Position numbers and translations under genes: made by a program. DNA of 23,136 bases from Macrostomum lignano (Eukaryota). The stretch covers positions 1 through 23,136 of the forward strand of contig NIVC01005184.1 in the NCBI GenBank assembly GCA_002269645.1, in the 5' to 3' direction. The notes under the pieces are model-generated. The model was not told the DNA's origin. It did no database searches and was given only the letters and a program-made list of their open reading frames with translations. This document shows positions 10,649-19,586 of the stretch, in pieces (within the stretch, counting starts at the first letter, position 1; each line of letters opens with the position of its first letter).

Positions 10649-11174
10649 CGCATCTACAACGACAGAAGCATATTCACCCAATTACTTGGCACCTCTGCTA
10701 TTCTATGTTACCTTATTTATACTACAGTGTATTTTGTCTTCAATGCTTTGCATGCTGCTAACACTATACTCAATATTTGCCTATCTGTGAATATTATACT
10801 CGTATTTTACTATTCTGATCGATAAAAACGCACAATTTCAACAACTCAGTAAATCCAGTTAATAACAGCATTCGTTGCCATATTGCAATTGATATAAAAT
10901 TGGTTATCCTTGTCGCACCTGCTGACAGAATTGATGTCTCTGCAGTCGTCAGGATTCTCTGCAACGCACTCCGCTTTGTAGTGAAGCGGCGCGATTTTGT
11001 TTGCTTTGTTTGTTTTGTTTGAAAATATATGACTAAACCATGGCTGTCTTGTTTTGCCGATGGTAGCACATCTCTGTCCTAACGTAAATACTATTTGTGA
11101 TATGCTACGAGTAGTGCGGACCGTTTTTTAATAGCTATTTTTCGTTGCAAGAAAGGAATGTAAAAGACTTTTAG

Positions 11175-12189
11175 GGTAGCTAGAGCTGGTAGCTAGAGCT
11201 GGTAGCTATAGCTGATAGCTTGAACTGGTAGCTAGAGCTGGTAGCTAGAGCTGGTAGCAAGAGCTGGTATCTAGAGCTGGTAGCTAGAGCTGGTATATAG
11301 AGCTGGTAGCTAGAGCTGGTATCTAGAGCTGGTAGCTAGAGCTGGTAGATAGAGCTGGTAGCTAGAGCTGGTAGCTAGAGCTGGTAGCTAGAGCTAGTAG
11401 ATAGAGCTGGTAGCTAGAGCTGGTATCTAGAGCTGGTAGCTAGAGCTGGTATATAGAGCTGGTAGCTAGAGCTGGTATCTAGAGCTGGTAGCTAGAGCTG
11501 GTAGATAGAGCTGGTAGCTAGAGCTGGTAGCTAGAGCTGGTAGCTAGAGCTGGTATATAGAGCTGGTAGCAAGAGCTGGTATCTAGAGCTGGTAGCTAGA
11601 GCTGGTATATAGAGCTGGTAGCAAGAGCTGGTATATAGAGCTGGTAGCTAGAGCTGGTATCTAGAGCTGGTAGCTAGAGCTGGTAGCTAGAGCTGGTATA
11701 TAGAGCTGGTAGCTAGAGCTGGTATCTAGAGCTGGTAGCTAGAGCTGGTAGCTAGAGCAGGTATATAGAGCTGGTAGATAGAGCTGGTAGCTAGGGCTGG
11801 TAGATAGAGCTGGTAGCTAGAGCTGGTAGATAGAGCTGGTAGCTAGAGCTGGTATATAGAGCTGGTAGCTAGAGCTGGTATATAGAGCTGGCAGCTAGAG
11901 CTGGTATATAGAGCTGGTAGCAAGAGCAGGTATATAGAGCTGGTAGCTAGAGCTGGTATCTAGAGCTGGTAGCTAGAGCTGGTAGCTAGAGCAGGTATAT
12001 AGAGCTGATAGATAGAGCTGGTAGCTAGAGCTGGTAGCTAGAGCAGGTATATAGAGCTGGTAGATAGAGCTGGTAGCTAGAGCTGGTAGCTAGAGCAGGT
12101 ATATAGAGCTGATAGAGCTGGTAGCTAGAGCTGGTAGCTAGAGCAGGGATATAGAGCTGGTAGATAGAGCTGGTAGATAGAGCTGGTAG
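11175..12189. repeat. 13-bp minisatellite (GGTAGCTAGAGCT)n, ~78 units with interspersed variants
   Basis: Directly visible tandem array. Variants include GGTATCTAGAGCT, GGTATATAGAGCT, GGTAGATAGAGCT and GGTAGCAAGAGCT. Confidence 0.97.
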
Positions 12190-12704
12190 GTTCATCACCT
12201 ATAAATAAAAGTTCCTAAAATGATCCAGACGACGCGTTTTGTCATGTCTCAGAGAAGTGTATTGTTCATTGTGAACAATTGTTCAGGCAATGAATTCACA
12301 TATCACGCCCTTAATCTTGCTAAAAATTCTACTTAGATTCAATCCCATTAGCAACCTTTTTTGTCCTCTGTGGATTATAGCCAATGCAAATTATTTCGCA
12401 GCGACCAGAAGTTGTTCGCACGATATGGGACACAGGACTCTCGTTTATCGGAGTCCTTGACTCTGGGCCGAGGCGAGCTCGAATTGTTATTATGCAAAAT
12501 AGGATCGGCTTTGAGTGGACAGGGTCGCGGACTTTGGGCCGGTCGTCCATGGGTTAGCGAAATTTGAATAAAAGTCTAATTGCATGCTTGGCACCGAGTG
12601 CTGCGTGTGCAGCCTGTGTGCTTTGCTTACCCGCGGCCTGTACATTTATTGCTTAACGGAATATTTACTCAGCATTCTGGGGAGTCATGAGTCTTGTGAC
12701 TTGT

Positions 12705-13010
12705 GAAGGCTTGTGACTGAGTCTAAGTCTAATTGCATTATGAAGGCTTGTGGCTGAGTCTAAGTCTAATTGCATTTTGAAGGCTTGTGGCTGAGTCTAA
12801 GTCTAATTGCATTATGAAGGCTTGTGGCTGAGTCTAAGTCTAATTGCATTTTGAAGGCTTGTGGCTGAGTCTAAGTCTAATTGCATTTTGAAGGCTTGTG
12901 GCTGAGTCTAAGTCTAATTGCATTTTGAAGGCTTGTGGCTGAGTCTAAGTCAAATTGCATTTTGAAGGCTTGTGACTGAGTCTAAGTCTAATTGCATTAT
13001 GAATGCTTGT
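12705..13010. repeat. 37-bp minisatellite GAAGGCTTGTG(G/A)CTGAGTCTAAGTCTAATTGCATT(T/A)T, 8 full units plus a partial ninth
   Basis: Unit starts at 12705, 12742, 12779, 12816, 12853, 12890, 12927, 12964 and 13001; head-to-tail with no spacers. Confidence 0.97.
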
Positions 13011-13410
13011 GACTGACTGACTGACTGACTGACTGACTGACTGACTGACTGACTGACTGACTGACTGACTGACTGACTGACTGACTGACTGACTGACTGA
13101 CTGACTGACTGACTGACTGACTGACTGACTGACTGACTGACTGACTGACTGACTGACTGACTGACTGACTGACTGACTGACTGACTGACTGACTGACTGA
13201 CTGACTGACTGACTGACTGACTGACTGACTGACTGACTGACTGACTGACTGACTGACTGACTGACTGACTGACTGACTGACTGACTGACTGACTGACTGA
13301 CTGACTGACTGACTGACTGACTGACTGACTGACTGACTGACTGACTGACTGACTGACTGACTGACTGACTGACTGACTGACTGACTGACTGACTGACTGA
13401 CTGACTGACT
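13011..13410. repeat. Perfect (GACT)100 microsatellite
   Basis: 400 bp of uninterrupted GACT. This accounts for the spurious (SQSV)n ORF 12945-13427. Confidence 0.98.
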
Positions 13411-13960
13411 ACTGTATTATTTTTCAAGATAGTGGTTTATCTCTATAGTATTATTTTTCAAGAAATTTTGACTTTATCACTAATTCATACATCGTTCTTG
13501 CACCAGTACTGTACAGTCCATGCAGTCCAACAATTCGCTTCACAAGCAGTCGTTAACCGCCTTAATAACCTGTCTAATTAACCTAGAACTTTATCCCAGC
13601 TTGTTAAGACTTGAACGTGATGCTGTGAAGAGAGAGAGGCTTGTGGAGCGAAAAGGAGGGAAAGCTCTGCACACCGCTCTTCAGTTCCTTGCTTCCTTAT
13701 TTGTGCAAGGGAGAGCAGTGGAGAGAAACGGGATTGAGAGGACTTTCTCGCCCTGAGCTCGAAGGGGGTTTAGGGCGGGTTTTGAAGGCAGGGGCGGTAC
13801 AAGTCAAACAGGCTTTTCATTCCGTCCTTTCTCAACAACACACAGCAACTTCTGAACTCGTTTTTAAAGCTTATTCCATCTTTTTTCGTAAAAATAAAGA
13901 ATTAAGCTCTAGAGAATACCGATGTCAGTGTGCGGAATCAGAGAGGGCGGAGTCCAGTCT

Positions 13961-14059
13961 GTGGGTCAGTAGGGTTGAAGTGGGTCAGTAAAGTTGAAGT
14001 GGGTCAGTAGTGTTGAAGTGGGTCAGTAGTGTCCATGTGGGTCAGTAGTGTCCATGTGG
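13961..14059. repeat. 19-bp tandem repeat GTGGGTCAGTAGTGT(TGAA/CCAT), 5 units
   Basis: Units start at 13961, 13980, 13999, 14018 and 14037; followed by GCCGAAGTG...GCCGAAAC. Confidence 0.9.
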
Positions 14060-14682
14060 TGCCGAAGTGAAAAGTGCCGAAACGGGAGGCGGAGGACGCC
14101 TTAAGAGAATAATGTGTGGGCCATAGGCATAAATAATAGATCTGTGATGGATCTAGAGAATAAAACTTTCTCTGTCAAAGTGACGCGATGAACTGAGGGT
14201 CAAAGGCACTAAAGTGCAGCCTGGCCATCATGAGCCGTTGCCAGCAGATCAGTGCAATTCGAGTTGCAGTTCCGGCAAAAATTGATCAATTTCATTTCTA
14301 TAGATAGCAGATGCGGGCCTCTGCACTTCTTTCTTGTAATTCTGGGTCTAAACAAACTCGTGAGCTAATCTCCAACGACACATTAAAGAAAGCCGGTTCG
14401 ATGCGTGGGCGGCTGCAGACTCTTGGCTGACATGGTGAACAAATGTGAGCAAGAAGAGATTGAATACCGAATTTCTGTACAAGAATGAGGATTCGATGAA
14501 ATGTGGACAGTCTAATGAGAATGTTGTTGGAAATGGTTTTTCTTAAAAGCTTTCTCAACTGCAGTTTCGTTATAGGCAGCCATATATGATGGATTAAGAA
14601 TTAATATAAGGTACTCGTATTAATGAGACTTTAAAGCTTCAGAATTGTAATATTATTACCATGGGTGTCTCCATGCTTGGGT

Positions 14683-14833
14683 GCAACCTTGGGATTCACT
14701 CGGCCGTTTCTATTGGCAACACACACATGTGTGTCGCTATTGGACAGAATAGTAGTCACGTGACTGCTCTCAGCCAATAGCGACTTACATGTGTGTGTTG
14801 CCAATAGAAACGGCCGGGTGATTCCCAAGGTAG
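14683..14833. repeat. ~150-bp near-perfect palindrome (MITE-like fold-back) centred on GTCACGTGAC
   Basis: The left arm CCTTGGGATTCACTCGGCCGTTTCTATTGGCAACACACACATGT is the near-exact reverse complement of the right arm ACATGTGTGTGTTGCCAATAGAAACGGCCGGGTGATTCCCAAGG. Inner arms GTCGCTATTGG / CCAATAGCGAC. Flanked by the direct repeat ATGGGTGTCTCC (14661-14672 and 14841-14852). Confidence 0.92.
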
Positions 14834-14862
14834 CGCATGTATGGGTGTCTCCCTGAATAGAA

Positions 14863-15387
14863 GGGTAGCAGGGTGTCATCGGGAGTAGCAAGGTGTCATC
14901 GGGGATAGCAGGGTGTCATCAGGGGTAGCAGGGTGTCATCAGGGGTAGCAGGGTGTCATCGGGGATAGCAGGGTGTCATCAGGGGTAACAGGGTGTCATC
15001 GGGGATAGCAAGGTGTCATCAGGGGGTAGCAGGGTGTCATCAAGGGTAGCAGGGTGTTATCGGGGGTAACAGGGTGTCATTGGGGGCAGCAGGGTGCCAT
15101 CGGGGGCAGCAGGGTGTCATCAGGGGTAGCAGGGTGTCATCGGGGATAGCAGGGTGTCATCGGGGGTAACAGGGTGTCATCGGAGATAGCAAGGTGTCAT
15201 CAGGGGGTAGCAGGGTGTCATCAAGGGTAGCAGGGTGTTATCGGGGGTAACAGGGTGTCATTGGGGGCAGCAGGGTGCCATCGGGGGCAGCAGGGTGTCA
15301 TCAGGGGTAGCAGGGTGTCATCGGGGATAGCAGGGTGTCATCGGGGTAACAGGGTGTCATCGGGGATAGCAGGTGTCATCAGGGTAG
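14863..15387. repeat. 20-bp G-rich minisatellite (AGCAGGGTGTCATCGGGGAT)n, ~26 units
   Basis: Visible tandem array. A 9-unit (181-bp) block is duplicated (diagnostic variant AAGGTGTCATCAGGGGG at 15010 and 15191). Degenerate units continue to ~15485. Confidence 0.96.
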
Positions 15388-16939
15388 GGAGTCATCAATG
15401 CATTTTAGCGCCAATGATCGCAGATGACAGTGTCATTAAAGCAGCATCGTAAGGGTGCTCATCGAGCAGGGTGCCATCGGAGCATTCGAGGGGTGTGGAT
15501 AGCATATATCATCAATTTTTATGAGCAGATGAAGTGACAAAGAAAAGCAAACGTAAGTTTTGCATTGCCGAAATGTCGGAATCTACTCGTGTGGATAGCA
15601 TATATTTTATTTATTATGCTTTTGTGACAAACGAGATAACATTGCGTCTCTCCAACGCTTCCTAAGTCTTCATCTGCACAAATTTATATCTTCACTCGTT
15701 AAATAATACAACTACGAGCATAAATAAGTGCACAGATATAATGTAAAATAGTAATGCATTGAATATGACAGCAAAGCATCATCACTAGCTAAAGCAATTT
15801 TAATGTTTTATTTACTTATAAGTATTTATATAATATGCTTTTTTAGTTATGTAATTTATGGTGCTCGGTTAATCTAATAAATGGTGCTTGGATAATGAGC
15901 CCAACCGGTCCTCACCTTCATTGAGTGGCTGGTACGGGGTAGTAGTGGTCGAACTATAGCGATAACGAAATCGGAATATTGTTCAGTATTAAGTAAACAA
16001 ATTAACAAAAATACAAGCATAAATTACCTTGAAACTAATGAACTACGTGTATAGACCGATATGGTTATTCACAAATTCGTTGTAAGACATCAGCGTCATG
16101 TTGAAAATATCGAAGCAATTGCTTGCTCTGAGTCAACATTTTGCAGAGAAGATAAAAATGTAAGCAGAAGTAACAAGACCCGGAATTGGAAAAGTTATTT
16201 ATATATCTAAAATCGGTATGTTTTTTAATTTCTTAGCTCGATGTCAATCAATTGTTTTCAATTTGAATTCGCGCCAAAAGGAACGACAAGGCGTATTTTG
16301 GCGCCAATTCAAATTAACAAGCGAATCGATACTCGCGCAGAGATGAGTTAAAGGTTCTAAGTCATAATTAGTGCCATTGCATCGACTTATACAACAGGGA
16401 ATGGAATATATATTAGACAAAACGTCAAATTGCACCTTTGCAAACTGTCTTAAGCTGACAATTGCTGCGACATAAAATGACAGATCAAGAGATATATCTA
16501 GCTCTGCGCTGTGAAGAAGCGGATGAGGATTCACTTATAAATTCTTTGTTAGACGTAAGCAGAGTGACAGTGCTGGATATGCCCCGCTGCTATTAGCCAG
16601 CAAAAAACCCGTAAAAATACGTTTTCTACAGAAAAAAATATCAAAACAATTTGTTTGAATGACTACGAGGTTCTCTAGTAAAAAAGGAACATCTAATAAT
16701 ATAAATAATTACTGCGATATTCACGTACTGACCATATTCTACATAGACTGGGCAAAGTTGAATAAAAACGGTTAATAAAAATGTAGAAATACAATTCTAG
16801 TATTATGCAACGATGGTTGATATCCACTATGCAACAGTGAAACATAAATAAAATATACAATATTCGCTTTCATTTTTACCTAAGCTAAGGTAGTGAAAAC
16901 AAGAAGTTAGTTCATTGTGTATATAAATATATAAATAGT

Positions 16940-16945
16940 TTTATT
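16940..16945 (-). promoter_or_regulatory. Candidate poly(A) signal AATAAA for complexin (3' UTR ~600 nt)
   Basis: First TTTATT on + that I found below the complexin stop codon; AT-rich sequence follows. No transcript evidence. Confidence 0.35.
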
Positions 16946-17535
16946 GCATATACTGCCACATAGATTTGTGCCTAATTTATTAATCCTTGCCCAATATTGG
17001 GAGCTGGGGAGTTCTGATGCTAGTGCTTGAGTGCTGCAACGCCACTGCAGAGACGGAGCCACCAACGTGTCCATCAAGCAACAAACAGCAGCTATTGCAA
17101 TTATAGAACAACTACTAAACTAAGTGAAAAACATCGTAGTGCATTGACGGGGGCAAACTGATCTATTTAGCTAGACGCGGGACAGAGTGAGAATAAGCCT
17201 TTTCATTTTATCGATTGGTGGTCTCGCGTTCTCATGTACTTAGCTGTACATCGTTTAGAGGGCCTGTACACTGTTAGCTCTTCTTAACCCCGGCTGAACC
17301 GCCACCCCATATTATTCTTATCGATCCAAACGTTCTCGTCTAAAAATAGATTCCATACCCCAGTGTGCAAGTCCGTGTACTTTACTATATCGATCGTGTA
17401 GTCTATCAACGAACAAAACAATGATTCCCTCACTGGCCCGATGAGATTTCACCCGGTGGGAAACTTGTCAAAAAATAGCAAACAGAATGCGTCAGTTTAT
17501 CAAAAGAAATTAGTAAAGAGCCAGAGAGTATCTCC

Positions 17536-17766
17536 CTACTGAATGACGCACTTCTCCTGCGCGTCGGAGATCATCTTCTGGGGCACGGCGGTGACGTTGC
17601 GCACAGTGTCCCGGACGCCCTCGGGCAGGAAGGAGGCGAAATCCTCCTTCTCTTCGAGGTCGCGCTCGGCGGCGAGCTCTTCCGGGGTTTTGCGTTTCCT
17701 GCCGACCCCTTTGCCGTCGTCCATTTCGCCGAAGTTGAACTCCTCCTCCTTCTTCTGGATGTTGTA
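17536..17766 (-). CDS. cplx: Complexin, last coding exon (C-terminal domain with CAAX box)
   Basis: Acceptor ACTTCAG|TACAAC at 17767/17766. Translates YNIQKKEEEFNFGEMDDGKGVGRKRKTPEELAAE...FASFLPEGVRDTV...QEKCVIQ-stop (TAG 17538-17536). Joins phase 0 to give the complexin hallmark IRDKYxIxKK. Confidence 0.93.
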   Translation of the reverse strand, partial: YNIQKKEEEFNFGEMDDGKGVGRKRKTPEELAAERDLEEKEDFASFLPEGVRDTVRNVTAVPQKMISDAQEKCVIQ

Positions 17767-17991
17767 CTGAAGTCACGATGAGGCATTCGTTCGTTTATTC
17801 GCAATAGCTCGAACTTTGCTAGGTTAAGGGGTACCGCGCTTAATTACTACCAGAGCCTCCAGAAACTTCAGTGGGGTGATGGCGTTACGCTCGTAATGAA
17901 GATTCCCAGTCTAATATGACCCCGGTACTTCGATTCAGACTTCTTAACCGATTTCTCATTAACCTGAACAGGTACGCGATGTTCCGCTCAC
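17767..17991 (-). other. Complexin GT-AG intron (225 nt, phase 0)
   Basis: Donor AAG|GTGAGC at 17992/17991 and acceptor TTCAG| at 17767. Confidence 0.9.
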
Positions 17992-18207
17992 CTTGTCGCG
18001 AATTCCCTGCCGCAGTTCCTCGCGCTCCGCCTCCATTTTCTGATGCTTCTCGTCGCGTTTTCGTTTCTCTTCAGCCAGAGCCTCGGCGATGGCGGCCGCC
18101 TCCTCGGCCTGCTTCTCGGTGTCCTCCGGATTGGCTTCCTCGCCGCCCATCTTTTTGACGCTATCCATCTGCTTGCCAACAAGCTGTTTGGCGATGAAAC
18201 CGGCCAT
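17992..18207 (-). CDS. cplx: Complexin, first coding exon (N-terminal domain, accessory helix and central helix; 72 codons)
   Basis: MAGFIAKQLVGKQMDSVKKMGG...EALAEEKRKRDEKHQKMEAEREELRQGIRDK is the canonical complexin/synaphin signature. ATG context ACAATGG. Confidence 0.95.
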
Positions 18208-18228
18208 TGTTTTGCTGCTTTGTAGGCA

Positions 18229-19400
18229 CCTGAAATTACCTGCTCAAAATGTTTCTTTGGCGTATTATTTGCGTCCTTTGAAAGACACTTTTCACCTCTA
18301 TCAGCGTCTAAGTGTGCTGTTTTCTGAACTCTTTATAGAGGGCCTGTGCGGCGTCAGTGCTTTGAGGCTAGGCGGCGGCAGCGGAGGAAGAGGAGGGGTC
18401 AGCCTCCGAGGGAGGGGGGAATGGGCGAGGAGTGCAGTGGCGGAGAACAGGGCTGGGCCAGCCGCAGAGATGCGATCCGATGAGAACCGGGGCCGGACGC
18501 GAAATAGTTTCCCCCGCGACCTGCGCACGCAACTTCGCCCGACCTCCATCTGTACCTCATCCCTCTCTTTCTCGCTCTAAGCCTCATTTCTTCCTCTCCG
18601 TTCAGCATCCTTCATGTTTCTTACCCTTTACCAAAAAGAGTCTTCGTTGCCTCCTATTTGGGTGGGGGGGGGGGCTGGAGCTGGGGCTACCACAGCAGGA
18701 GGTAGACGGGATTCCGTCTCGATGCCTTTCTCTCGCACTCACTCGCCGCAAACGCCTCGAGGTGGTACAAACGTTTGCCGCTCGCTTGCCTGTTCTCTCT
18801 CCCTCCTCACTATTCCTTCTCCCATTGGGAGCTGGGACTGGGATATTTGGATTAGGGAGGCGAGGGAGCGAGAGATACGGATAGATAGATGCAAGAGGAG
18901 CGAGCGCGCCCGAGGGGAGGGCAACAGAAACAGTTTGTACTCCTGCCTCCGTTCTTCCTCTACTCTCTTCCCTGCTCGCGCAGATCGATCGATGGCCGTC
19001 CGACTTCCCCCGCCGCCTCATCTGAAATCTCTCCCTCGCATTCAATGAGCACTGCTCCCCAGGGGCTGCGGACTTTTGAGTAGCCCCGGCCATGCCAATC
19101 GACGGGAGCTTTCCCAGACGGAAGGAGAGCAACCTGCGTGGGCAGGGGAACTGCGGGGATGAAGGGAAGACCTGCGAGAGAGAGGCTGCTGAGCACCGCG
19201 GAGAGGAGGCGCCGTGATGAGGATGACGGAAGAGAGAGAAGGAGAGAGAAGATCAAGTTAGAACTAGATCGCCTCAGAGGCGATGCCCTCCCCCTCCTCC
19301 AGCCTCCGCTCCTTCATCCTCACCTCTCTGTCAAGCCTCAGCCGAGTCCGAACGTTCCGGTTTCAGTTTTCTCCCTCGTGGCAAGCTGGCCAGCCCGACT
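18229..19400 (-). promoter_or_regulatory. Complexin 5' region: splice acceptor 22 nt upstream of ATG, probable non-coding 5' exon(s) and GC/GA-rich promoter-like island
   Basis: TTTCAG|GTGCC acceptor at 18230/18229. Candidate donors at 18624 (AAGG|GTAAGA), 18555 and 18295. CpG-rich sequence with GA/CT tracts at 18340-19400. The TSS cannot be placed. Confidence 0.45.
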
Positions 19401-19586
19401 CAGGCCCCTCCCTTGTTATCAATTCGATTATTATTGTCATGTTCGCTATCTTCTACTGGTTTTACTTAGTAGCGTAAATTGAATATTCTTCAAACAATTT
19501 TTCTTGTAGAGTCATCGTACCGGTTGAATTCTGTTCTCCAATGGAAATTTTATTTCTAGCTCGAATTTCTCGATGTACGAGTAATT

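Noticed and set aside
10570-10650. Functional tRNA gene
   Set aside because: No proper cloverleaf or acceptor stem; the body, tail and TSD indicate a SINE head.
12381-12557. Possible + strand exon reading PMQIISQRPEVVRTIWDTGLSFIGVLDSGPRRARIVIMQ...
   Set aside because: Faint resemblance to a DxG phosphate-binding strand only; three frames are open here and there are no partner exons.
12705-13010. 37-bp direct repeats as a CRISPR array
   Set aside because: Repeats are head-to-tail with no unique spacers, there are no cas genes, and the context is eukaryotic.
12945-13427. 160-aa (SQSV)n ORF
   Set aside because: It is simply the translation of the (GACT)100 microsatellite.
16477-16554. ATG-to-GTAAGC segment MTDQEIYLALRCEEADEDSLINSLLD as a first exon or transposase N-terminus
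   Set aside because: No downstream exon or catalytic motifs before the convergent complexin 3' end.
19189-19209. RE1/NRSE-like motif CTGAGCACCGCGGAGAGG upstream of a neuronal gene
   Set aside because: The core AGCACC-NN-GGAGAG matches, but the flanks are poor, REST is considered chordate-restricted, and chance matches are likely in GA-rich DNA.
18089-19482. Cluster of 60-176 aa ORFs on both strands upstream of complexin
   Set aside because: Arg/Pro/Ser/Gly-rich translations expected from GC-rich, stop-poor promoter or UTR DNA; no family signature.
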